A stretch of DNA of 52,150 nucleotides from contig JAJDZR010000290.1 in assembly GCA_022824545.1 (NCBI GenBank), positions 1 through 52,150 on the forward strand. The letters run 5' to 3'. Positions 34,575 to 42,764 of this stretch are shown piece after piece. The notes under the pieces were generated by a model. It had not been told where the DNA came from and did not search any database. It saw nothing but the letters and a program-made list of their open reading frames with translations. The first letter of the stretch is position 1; each line of letters starts with the position of its first letter. Position numbers and translations under genes: made by a program. Origin of the DNA: Chloroflexota bacterium (GTDB lineage: Bacteria > Chloroflexota > UBA11872 > UBA12225 > JAJDUF01).

Positions 34575-35657
34575 TCAATACTCGCGCACCGCCAACCGGT
34601 CAACCAGCTCCAGCAAGGCCTCCCGCGCAGCGCTCAAGGGCAGCGGCGCGAGGGCTGCACGCGCCCGGTCCGAGAAGTCGTCTACCTGCTGCTGTGCCTG
34701 TTCTATGCCTCCTATACGCTCGATGACCCGGCGCGCATCATCGAGTTGCGTAGCGGTAGGCTGGGCGGCTGCAAAGCAGCGTTGGAGGGTCCTGCGCTCT
34801 AAGCCGCGAGCATGGGTGAAGGCATAGACCACCGGGTACGTCTTCTTGCGCCGCGCTAAGTCCGCCCCTACCGGCTTACCGGTAAGCTCCGGCGAGCCCC
34901 ACAGGCCCAGAATATCGTCGCAGATTTGGAACGCGATCCCCAACGCCTCACCATACCGCTCCAGACTCACGACCTCCTGCGCCGTCCCGCCGCCCAGGCG
35001 CGCACCGATGCCAGTAGCGCAACGAATGATCGCGGCCGACTTGCGGGCGATCATGTCCAGGTAGTCGGCGGTCGTGATGTTCGTCCGCTCCTCGTATTCC
35101 AGGTCCAGGTGCTGCCCCTCGGTGATACGCAAGCTCGTCTCGGTGAGTAGCCGGAAGATTTCGAGCACCGTATGTGCGTCGGCATGGCTGCGCGTCAAGT
35201 CCAGCAGCGCGCTGTAGGCCAGCACATGCATACCGTCGCCAGCGTTGATCGCCTGCGGAGCGCCCCAGAGATACCACAGCGTCGGCCGATGGTGGCGGTA
35301 CTCGTCCGCGTCCTCGATGTCATCGTGAATGAGCGTGAAGTTGTGGAGTAGCTCCAGCGCCGCCGCCGCCGGCAGCGCCGCCTCGATCTCGCCACCGACC
35401 GCCCCGCACGCCAGCAAGCAGACCAACGGGCGCGTGCGCTTGCCGGTCGGCTCCTTCGCCGGGCGCAACCGCTCATCGGCCCAGCCCAAGTGGTAATGCA
35501 TCATGCCGTAGTACACCGCCGGTGCCGGGCGCGATTCGACCACGCGGCGCATGGCGTCCTCGATGAGCGGTACCAGCTCGCTTGTGGCCCCCTCCAGAGC
35601 GAGCTGCTGCGCGCTCGGTACCGCGCCAGTCTCGTCGCCGATGCTGGGCACGTTCAC
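34575..35657 (-). CDS. Polyprenyl diphosphate synthase (trans-isoprenyl diphosphate synthase family)
   Basis: 360 aa. The first Asp-rich motif is LIHDDIED and the second is ICDDILG. GTG start overlaps the galU stop as GTGA. Confidence 0.85.
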   Translation of the reverse strand: MNVPSIGDETGAVPSAQQLALEGATSELVPLIEDAMRRVVESRPAPAVYYGMMHYHLGWADERLRPAKEPTGKRTRPLVCLLACGAVGGEIEAALPAAAALELLHNFTLIHDDIEDADEYRHHRPTLWYLWGAPQAINAGDGMHVLAYSALLDLTRSHADAHTVLEIFRLLTETSLRITEGQHLDLEYEERTNITTADYLDMIARKSAAIIRCATGIGARLGGGTAQEVVSLERYGEALGIAFQICDDILGLWGSPELTGKPVGADLARRKKTYPVVYAFTHARGLERRTLQRCFAAAQPTATQLDDARRVIERIGGIEQAQQQVDDFSDRARAALAPLPLSAAREALLELVDRLAVREY

Positions 35658-36586
35658 GCTTGCTCCTTGCTCGCGCCAGTAGCATTGCCCGCCGCCATGG
35701 CGGCGAGAGTCTCCCGCAGAAAGGCCGCGAATGCCGGGCCGATGTCCGGCCGGTCCAACGCCATGCTGACGTTCGCTTGCAGATGGCCCAGCAATTGACC
35801 ACAGTCGAAGCGGCGCCCGGTGAACTCGTACCCGTACAGCGGTTGCTCCGCGAGCAAGAGCCGGAGAGCATCCGGTAGCTGTATTTCGCCGCCATACCCC
35901 GGTGGTGTCTGCTCGATCAGGGGAAAAATGCGCGGCGGCAGCACGTAGCGCCCGACAATCGCCAGCGTCGAGGGCGCCTCCGCCGGATCCGGCTTCTCTA
36001 CGAGGTCCACGATCCGATGCAGCACTCCGGCGCCAGGCGGCCTCTCACCCGCACCCACCGGCTCCGTTGCCACAATGCCATAGCGGTCGGTTTCCGCGCG
36101 CGGCACCCGCTGGAGCGCAATCACGCCGGCGTTGTGCGCCGTTGCCACGTCGAGCAACTGCCGCGTACACGGCACTGCGCCGCAGATCATGTCGTCGGGG
36201 AGCACGACCACGAACGGCTCGTCACCGACGAGCGGCGCCGCGGCCAAAACGGCATCCGCCAGCCCCCGTGGCTCATGCTGTCGGACGGACATGACCGTTG
36301 CCAGTTCCGTCGCCTGGCGCACTGCCTCCAGCAAATCCTGCTTCCGCTCGGCGGCCAGCGTGGCCTCCAGCAACGGTACAGCGTCAAAGTGATCCTCAAT
36401 CGCCTGCTGGCCGCTCGCCGTCACCAGGACGACCTCGTTCACGCCGGCGGCCACCACCTCTTCAACGCCGACCTGAATCAGCGGACGATCCACGACGGGA
36501 AGCAGGACTTTGGGCAGGGCTTTGGTGGCCGGGAGCATGCGCGTGCCGCGCCCGGCGACCGGAAAGACGGCCCGGCGCACCTTCAT
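35654..36586 (-). CDS. galU: UTP-glucose-1-phosphate uridylyltransferase
   Basis: 310 aa. The N-terminus is AVFPVAGRGTRMLPATKALPKVLLPV. A CAGGAG RBS is present. Confidence 0.85.
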   Translation of the reverse strand: MKVRRAVFPVAGRGTRMLPATKALPKVLLPVVDRPLIQVGVEEVVAAGVNEVVLVTASGQQAIEDHFDAVPLLEATLAAERKQDLLEAVRQATELATVMSVRQHEPRGLADAVLAAAPLVGDEPFVVVLPDDMICGAVPCTRQLLDVATAHNAGVIALQRVPRAETDRYGIVATEPVGAGERPPGAGVLHRIVDLVEKPDPAEAPSTLAIVGRYVLPPRIFPLIEQTPPGYGGEIQLPDALRLLLAEQPLYGYEFTGRRFDCGQLLGHLQANVSMALDRPDIGPAFAAFLRETLAAMAAGNATGASKEQA

Positions 36587-36752
36587 CGGGCGCTACGCTC
36601 CTGGGGAGTAGGGCAACCGACCGACCCGCACCATCGGAGAGATGCTGCACTGACCCGGCGCGGCAGTCGGCCGGCGGCCAACGGCTCATCTCGGCTGCAC
36701 ATCGCAGGCATTATAAGCAACGCAGCAACGCGCAATCAGCAGCCATCCATGT

Positions 36753-37097
36753 TTACCGCACCCGCACTCGCCGATCGGTGACGACGATAAACTGATCCAA
36801 TTGGTCAGCGTAGTGGGTGAGGACGTGGTTGAGGCGCTCAATCCGGTCTGCCAGCACGGTAGTACCGAGTCGGAAAAAGATGACACCTGCGTGTGGACGT
36901 TGCTGGCGGAACACTAACTCGCCAAAATCACGATCATCCGTAATCAGGGCACGCCCCTCAGCGTGGGCGACGGCCAAGACTTTCTCATCGGCTAATCCTG
37001 GCCCATGGCTCCGGGCGACCAGTATGGCATCGTAGCCCAAGGCGATCAAGTGGGCAACTATACGGGCGTCCGCACTTTCATCCACTAGGAACATCAT
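36753..37097 (-). CDS. PIN-like (DUF5615/Mut7-C-type) putative toxin
   Basis: 114 aa. The pattern is MMFLVDESAD...ITDDRDFGEL. The ATG overlaps the upstream DUF433 gene's stop as ATGA. Confidence 0.6.
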   Translation of the reverse strand: MMFLVDESADARIVAHLIALGYDAILVARSHGPGLADEKVLAVAHAEGRALITDDRDFGELVFRQQRPHAGVIFFRLGTTVLADRIERLNHVLTHYADQLDQFIVVTDRRVRVR

Positions 37098-37381
37098 GCT
37101 CTAGCAGGACCAGCCGTCACCAACTCCAGTTGTCCTGCCCGTTCTTGTGCCTGCGTGATGGTGGCATGAGCGTAGGCGAGGCAGGCCTTGACATCATCAA
37201 GGGTCAGGTGAGGGAACGCCTGAAAGAGATCGTCGAGGTCAGGGTTCTCAGCGAGGTGCTGGATAACCCGTTCCACTGGGATTCTCGTCCCCTTGACGAC
37301 AGGTTTACCCACCATAATCGCGGGGTCCTGGATAATACGGTCAAGATCGCGTCGCCGCTCCATCTTCATAGCCGGATTCAC
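37094..37381 (-). CDS. DUF433-domain putative antitoxin
   Basis: 95 aa. The pattern is GKPVVKGTRIPVERVIQHLAEN...FPHLTLDDVKACLAYA. Confidence 0.65.
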   Translation of the reverse strand: MNPAMKMERRRDLDRIIQDPAIMVGKPVVKGTRIPVERVIQHLAENPDLDDLFQAFPHLTLDDVKACLAYAHATITQAQERAGQLELVTAGPARA

Positions 37382-37489
37382 CTCTGCCCAAGATTCCCTG
37401 CCCGACGATCAGTATTATCGCAGGTGAGCAGGACCGGCCGCTCGCCGGCCTCCGACTCCACCGATCTCCGTGCCGGGAGCCGACTACCG

Positions 37490-38149
37490 ATGTCCAACCG
37501 CGGTCGGACGACACCGCAGGAATGGCGTCTCTTTATCGCCTTGGGGCTGCCCGAGGTGCTACGCACTGCCCTCACGCACGAGCAGGAGCGGTTGCAGGCC
37601 GCGGGGCTGCACGCCGCCTGGGTGCGACCACCGGGGATGCATCTGACGCTGCACTTCCTCGGAGACACGCCCGTCACCGCGCTTGAGCGCATCGCGGCAG
37701 TGTGTATGCCGGCGGCGGCCGGCGTACCGCCCCTCCGGCTCCTGGCGGAAGGGCTGCGCTGCTTTCCGTCCGTCCGCCGGCCGCGCGTCCTCGTCACCAA
37801 CGTCCAGGGCGACGTGCAGCAGCTGCAGCGCCTCCACCAACGGCTGGCCCGGCGGCTGGGCCGCTTGGGTGTCCGCCTCGACAGTCGTCCCTACCGCCCA
37901 CACGTCACCATCGGTCGGTTCCGCCGGCCGCTCCGCGGCGCGCCGCTCGCCGTCCTGCAACGGGCACTCGCCGCGCCGTCGGTGTCCTACGGCGATTTTG
38001 TCGCCGACGCGGTAGAGCTGTTTCGCAGTGAGCTGCGCCCCGGCGGCGCGGTCTATACGTCGCTGGCCACGGCTGCACTGCAAGGACAGCCGGCATCGCG
38101 TGCCTCCCAGGATGACAGCGGCGATACTGGGCCGCACAGCACACGTTGA
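37490..38149 (+). CDS. thpR: RNA 2',3'-cyclic phosphodiesterase / 2'-5' RNA ligase family (2H phosphoesterase)
   Basis: ATG 37490 lies in the ORF-track frame 37130..38149. Two HxTx motifs are present: HLTLHF and HVTIGR. Confidence 0.75.
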   Translation: MSNRGRTTPQEWRLFIALGLPEVLRTALTHEQERLQAAGLHAAWVRPPGMHLTLHFLGDTPVTALERIAAVCMPAAAGVPPLRLLAEGLRCFPSVRRPRVLVTNVQGDVQQLQRLHQRLARRLGRLGVRLDSRPYRPHVTIGRFRRPLRGAPLAVLQRALAAPSVSYGDFVADAVELFRSELRPGGAVYTSLATAALQGQPASRASQDDSGDTGPHSTR

Positions 38150-38175
38150 CACGCGCCGCAGCCCGGTGCTACACT
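38146..38175 (+). promoter_or_regulatory. Candidate promoter TTGACA-18-TACACT upstream of hypothetical/rhodanese genes
   Basis: TTGACA is at 38146-38151, overlapping the thpR stop. TACACT is at 38170-38175. Confidence 0.4.
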
Positions 38176-38315
38176 ACGCAGCGTTATAGCTGAGTAATCT
38201 GGTATATTTACTCAACTATAGCGACAGGTGCTAATAGCTGTCGCCCATCCCCGGCGAGTTGAAGCGATGCGGCATAATGCGGTCGGCAGCTTTGGGTGTT
38301 GGGGGGCAGAAGACG

Positions 38316-38699
38316 ATGGCGGCCAAGAACGACGCGGTAGCAGCCCAGCGGTTGGTGTTCTACCGCCGGTTGTTGTCCGGCAACCGGCTAGAGTTGGCCC
38401 AAGTGTGGTTCGACGCGGCGGTGCTGGCGCCATACCGCACGCGACCGGGCTATAAGCTCTTTCGCAGCGATACGATGGGCCTGCTGCAAGGACCGCAGTG
38501 GCGGCTCGACTTCGGCATCGCTGCCGACGACACCTTGTTGCACCTGTCCGTTGCCGCCCTGCGCGACCAGCTCCCGGAGCGCGAGCGTGAGCACTGGCTC
38601 GCGCACCTGTACTCGCCGCCGGTCAGCCGCTCCTATCTGGTGACGCAGCTCACCCGCGGCGCCTGCCTGGGAGATGGGGAAATCCGCGTTTGGGAGTAG
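38316..38699 (+). CDS. Hypothetical protein (127 aa)
   Basis: The ORF-track frame is 38259..38699. I preferred ATG 38316, which has a G-rich stretch 9 nt upstream. I recognise no motif. Confidence 0.45.
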   Translation: MAAKNDAVAAQRLVFYRRLLSGNRLELAQVWFDAAVLAPYRTRPGYKLFRSDTMGLLQGPQWRLDFGIAADDTLLHLSVAALRDQLPEREREHWLAHLYSPPVSRSYLVTQLTRGACLGDGEIRVWE

Positions 38700-38767
38700 T
38701 CGAGGTCGTTGAAGCTCACGTACACTGTGCGCGTGGCGTGTCAACGTCCGAGAGAAGGAGAAGGAAG

Positions 38768-39613
38768 ATGGCCGAGTACGCTAATCCCGATGTCGTGGTG
38801 AGTACGGACTGGGTTGCCGAAAACCTGGACAATCCCAACGTGCGCCTCGTGGAGGTGGACGTGGATACCGAAGCCTACGCCGCCGGTCACATCCCCGGCG
38901 CCGTCGGCTGGAACTGGACCACCCAGCTCGAAGCCCAAGTGCAGCGCGACATTCCCTCCCAGGAGGATTGGCAGGAGCTGCTGCGCGCCTCCGGCATCGG
39001 CAACGACACCAAGATCGTCCTCTACGGCGATAACAACAACTGGTTTGCCACCTTCGCCTACTGGCTCGCACGCATGTTCGGTCACGAGGATGCCGTGATC
39101 GTCAACGGCGGGCGTAAGAAGTGGGAGCTGGAAGGTCGTCCGCTCGTGACCGATGTTCCGGCGGTGGAGCGCACCGACTACCAGGCGGGGAGCCTGGATG
39201 AAGGCCGGCGAGCATTATACGATGACGTGCGCGAGCACATTCGGCAGGCGGGTGCCGCGCTCGTGGACGTGCGCTCTCCGGCGGAGTTCACTGGCGAGAT
39301 CATCGCGCCGCCGGGCCTCCCCGAGACGGCCCAACGCGCCGGGCGCATCCCCGGCGCCACCAACGTCCCGTGGCTCTCGGCGGTCAACGAGGAGGACGGG
39401 ACCTTCAAGTCGGCAGACGAGCTACGCGAGGTCTACGAAGGCAAAGGGATGACCGCCGACCGCGACATCGTGGTCTATTGCCGGATCGGCGAGCGCTCCT
39501 CGCACTCCTGGTTCGTCCTCAGCGAGTTGCTGGGCTACGACAAGGTTCGCAACTACGATGGCTCCTGGACCGAGTGGGGCAATATCATCCGCGCCCCCAT
39601 CGAGAAGGGCTAA
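38768..39613 (+). CDS. Thiosulfate sulfurtransferase (two-domain rhodanese)
   Basis: ATG 38768 has a GAAGGAGAAGGAAG RBS. The active-site loop is CRIGERSSHSW. 281 aa. Confidence 0.85.
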   Translation: MAEYANPDVVVSTDWVAENLDNPNVRLVEVDVDTEAYAAGHIPGAVGWNWTTQLEAQVQRDIPSQEDWQELLRASGIGNDTKIVLYGDNNNWFATFAYWLARMFGHEDAVIVNGGRKKWELEGRPLVTDVPAVERTDYQAGSLDEGRRALYDDVREHIRQAGAALVDVRSPAEFTGEIIAPPGLPETAQRAGRIPGATNVPWLSAVNEEDGTFKSADELREVYEGKGMTADRDIVVYCRIGERSSHSWFVLSELLGYDKVRNYDGSWTEWGNIIRAPIEKG

Positions 39614-39638
39614 ACGCAGCGTCCCCAGCATTCCCGCG

Positions 39639-39722
39639 CCCCCCACCCCAGCCCTCCCCCGTCGGGACGGGGAAGGGAATATACCGTCCCCCCGCCGCAG
39701 CGGGGGGACCATAGGGGGGCGG
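39639..39722 (-). repeat. Composite A+B element, reverse orientation relative to 9904-9995
   Basis: Its reverse complement aligns module by module with 9904-9988. Confidence 0.75.
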
Positions 39723-39728
39723 GTAGCC

Positions 39729-40499
39729 TTACGCCGGCTCGACCTCGATCACCTCGTCCTGAATGACACTTACGAGGTGCCCATCGGGGTCGGCAAAGTG
39801 GGCGACGGTGCCGACGCCGGGAACGGGCGTGATTGCGCCGACGGTCGTGGCGCCGAGGCTCTGCGCCTTGCTCAGGGATGCCCGGACATCATCCACCTGC
39901 ACGTAGAACGTGAGGTAGTTGGGCGTACCGTTCCCGGTCTGGAAGATGCCGCCGTCAATGCCGTCCGTGGCGCCGGTATGCACCACGCCGTAACCGTGCG
40001 GGTTATTGGTATCAACCTGCCAATCGAAGAGCGCCGTATAGAAGCCGTGCAGTCGCTTGGCGTTCGCCGTGCCGATCTCCCAGTGGACGACCGGGTTGCC
40101 GTCGCGCTCCTCCCGCGCCTGGTTGCCGGCCTGCTCGTCCCAGTCCGGCGGCGGCTCGATGAGGCCGATGAGGTGACCTTCCGGGTCGGTGATCTGGGCG
40201 AAAGTACCCACGTTCGGAATAGGCGTGGGTGGGACGCAGGTCTTGGCGCCCATACTCTCCGCCTTGCTTAGGGATGCCTGGAGGTCCTCGACCGACACGT
40301 AGAACGTGACGTATGGCGGCGTACTGGCCTCCACATCCATCATGCCGCCGTCAATGCCCCCCTTGCCGCCGGTAAAGACGGCCCGGTAATCCATGAACGA
40401 CTGCTTCTCGATGCGCCAGTCGAAAAGGCTGGTGTAGAACTGATGCAACCGCTCGGCGTCGTGCGAGCTTAACTCCCAGTGAACTACAGCGTTAGCCAT
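39729..40499 (-). CDS. Two-domain VOC (glyoxalase/bleomycin-resistance/dioxygenase) family protein
   Basis: 256 aa. It contains an internal duplication of a VVHWE...FY..LFDW...GGI module. A GAAGGAG RBS is present. Confidence 0.75.
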   Translation of the reverse strand: MANAVVHWELSSHDAERLHQFYTSLFDWRIEKQSFMDYRAVFTGGKGGIDGGMMDVEASTPPYVTFYVSVEDLQASLSKAESMGAKTCVPPTPIPNVGTFAQITDPEGHLIGLIEPPPDWDEQAGNQAREERDGNPVVHWEIGTANAKRLHGFYTALFDWQVDTNNPHGYGVVHTGATDGIDGGIFQTGNGTPNYLTFYVQVDDVRASLSKAQSLGATTVGAITPVPGVGTVAHFADPDGHLVSVIQDEVIEVEPA

Positions 40500-40835
40500 G
40501 CTGGTACTCCTTCTTTCGTCGGTAAGATCGTGGTGTAGTGCCGTGCGCTCGTCCCGGCTGCCTTGTCACATCGCCTGAATGTGCTGTCTCCCCTCTCATC
40601 GGCGTGGTCGCGGTCGCAACGAGCGACGGAGGGTCCGGGCCACGCCGCCCCGCCACCGCCCCGGTTGACTGACGCCGTTGTCTGCGTTCCCCGCCGCCGC
40701 TACGGCCGCCTCTCATCTTAGAACGTATGGTCTACACTAGGGTTGCGCGGCGGTGGGCCGGAGGCACGTCCGTTGGCGCAGAGGGGATAAGGACGATGCT
40801 CCGTACATGCCTGAAACGCCGGCGGCGGAGCGACG

Positions 40836-40882
40836 GTTGCGACAGGGGAGGAAACATGCCGTCTCCCCGCCGCAGCGGGGGG
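40836..40882 (-). repeat. Truncated composite element (half of A + B)
   Basis: The sequence is ggttgcgacaggggaggaaacatgccgtctccccgccgcagcggggggc. Confidence 0.55.
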
Positions 40883-40912
40883 CTGTCACCAGGCCAGGCG
40901 GGTGGGCGCTCA

Positions 40913-40955
40913 CGTCCCCGTCCCCCCGTCGGGACGGGGGGACCATAGGGGGGCC
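40913..40955. repeat. Family B element
   Basis: The sequence is cgtccccgtccccccgtcgggacggggggaccataggggggcc. It lies immediately downstream of the mutL stop. Confidence 0.7.
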
Positions 40956-40966
40956 AGCAACACAAC

Positions 40967-42760
40967 CTACCGCCAGTCGAAGCGCCGCCCGAGGTCATCG
41001 CCGGCCAGGGCGAGGACGAGGGGCTGACCATGCGGGCAGACCTGCACGGGATCGTCGCCAGCCAAGGCGGCCAGCCGGTCCAATAAGGTGCGCGCCGCGT
41101 CGTCGGATAGCAATGTGCCGCGGCGGACGGCGCTGCGGCAGGCGATGTCAACGCAAAGGGCGCGCTCCCAGGTAGCCCGGTTCGACGTGGGACTCGCCGC
41201 CGCCAGCGCGTCGCGGATGGCCGGGCCGAGGCGAGGTACGTCCGCGAGCGTCGGGACGGCGCGCACGGCAAAAGCATCGGGACCGAACGGCTCGCACACG
41301 ATGCCCAACCTCGCCAGCGCCTCCAAGTGCGTATGCAGGGCCGGCGCGTGCGCCGCACCGACTTGGAGCACCAGTGGCTCCAACACGGTTTGCGCCGCCT
41401 GTTGCTCCCCGGCGGCCGACACGAGCTGCGCGAAGATTGCCTGCTCGTGGGCACGGTGCTGATCCACCAGCCAGAGGCCCACCGGCCCCTCTACCACCAG
41501 GAGCGTGTCGTGGATTTGGCCTACGAGCCGCGCCGCGCCGAGGTCGCGCCCGCGCACAATCCACTCACCCGCCGCGCCGGCCTCCAGCCAGGCCGGTCGA
41601 GCCGCGTCTCCGGCCGCCGGCGTCGCCGTCACCCACCCCGGCTGTCCGTGATCGGGTGCTCGCTCGCGAATGCGCCGGCGGCCCAGGCCGGCCAGCGGCT
41701 CCGTGTGCGGACCGAGCAGGTGGCTGGCCAGCGCGGCGCCCGTGTCGGCCCGGCCGGCCACCGGCTCAACGGCGGCGCGCGCGGCTTCGCGCAGGAGCGC
41801 CGCGGCCTCCTCCCCGTCGTGCAGCCGTACCGTGGCCTTGGTCGGGTGGACGCTCGCATCGAGGTCGGCCGGCGGTACCTGGAGATGCAAAAACAGGAGT
41901 GGATGACGACCGCGCGGCAGGAAGTCGCGGTAGCCGGCTTCGATAGCTGCGCGGAGCTGCGGATGGTTGACTAGGCGACCGTTGACGAACAGGGTCACCT
42001 CGCGTCGCGTCGCGTAGGTGCAATGCGGTCCGGCGGCCAAGCCGCTGCATCGCCGGCCGGCTTGGTCGCGCCGCGGCGCCAGCACCGCCGCTCCCGCCGC
42101 CACCGCGCCGTGTAGCTCGGTTGCCGTGACCGCCAGGTCGCCGCTCCCGCTGGTCGCCAGCGTCGGCCGACCGTGCGTAGTAAGCGTGAAGGCAACGGCC
42201 GGGTAGCCCAGCGCGTAGCGCCGGACCAAGCGGCTGATGGCCGCATTTTCCGCTGGCGCCGCGACCAGGGCGGATAGCCGCGCCGGCAAGTCCCGAAAGA
42301 GGTGCCGGGCCGTGACGGTGGTGCCCGGCGCCCGTGCGGCCGGACCGCGCCGACGCACACGGCCCTGCGCGACGACGATCTCGGTAGCCCGCCCGGACGC
42401 GGGGGCGCTGATGATGGTCAGGTCGGCGGCAACCGCCACGCTCGCCAGTGCCTCACCCCGGAAGCCCAACGTCCGCACCGCCAGCAGGTCATCGGCGGCG
42501 TCAATCTTGGACGTGCTGTACCGCTCGACGGCTAGCCGCAAGTCGCGGCCGGCGATCCCGCACCCGTCGTCGGCGACCGTGATGCGCGCGCGCCCGCCAC
42601 CCTCCACCTCGACGGCAATGCGTCGCGCACCGGCATCGAGCGCGTTGTCCAGCAGCTCGCGCACGACGGACAGCGGGCGCTCAATCACTTCACCGGCGGC
42701 AATACGCGCGGCGACGGCCGGTGGCAGTGTGTGTATCCGTGCCGGCGCAACGTCCACCAT
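40967..42760 (-). CDS. mutL: DNA mismatch repair protein MutL (endonuclease type)
   Basis: The N-terminal GHKL ATPase is present (AAGEVIERPLSVVRELLDNALDAGA). The C-terminus has DQHRAHE, ACRSAV and CPHGQP motifs. Confidence 0.9.
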   Translation of the reverse strand: MVDVAPARIHTLPPAVAARIAAGEVIERPLSVVRELLDNALDAGARRIAVEVEGGGRARITVADDGCGIAGRDLRLAVERYSTSKIDAADDLLAVRTLGFRGEALASVAVAADLTIISAPASGRATEIVVAQGRVRRRGPAARAPGTTVTARHLFRDLPARLSALVAAPAENAAISRLVRRYALGYPAVAFTLTTHGRPTLATSGSGDLAVTATELHGAVAAGAAVLAPRRDQAGRRCSGLAAGPHCTYATRREVTLFVNGRLVNHPQLRAAIEAGYRDFLPRGRHPLLFLHLQVPPADLDASVHPTKATVRLHDGEEAAALLREAARAAVEPVAGRADTGAALASHLLGPHTEPLAGLGRRRIRERAPDHGQPGWVTATPAAGDAARPAWLEAGAAGEWIVRGRDLGAARLVGQIHDTLLVVEGPVGLWLVDQHRAHEQAIFAQLVSAAGEQQAAQTVLEPLVLQVGAAHAPALHTHLEALARLGIVCEPFGPDAFAVRAVPTLADVPRLGPAIRDALAAASPTSNRATWERALCVDIACRSAVRRGTLLSDDAARTLLDRLAALAGDDPVQVCPHGQPLVLALAGDDLGRRFDWR

Positions 42761-42764
42761 GCCA

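Noticed and set aside
40500-40966. 467-nt gene-free stretch upstream of the VOC gene, considered as a riboswitch or ncRNA. It contains two CCTCTCATC motifs 117 nt apart (40592-40600 and 40709-40717) and track ORFs 40492..40716, 40727..40948 and 40732..41454
   Set aside because: I could not match any riboswitch core (guanidine, SAM, TPP, glycine and others) by eye. The right half consists of repeat families A and B. The ORFs translate repeats or overlap mutL out of frame. An Rfam scan would be the decisive test.
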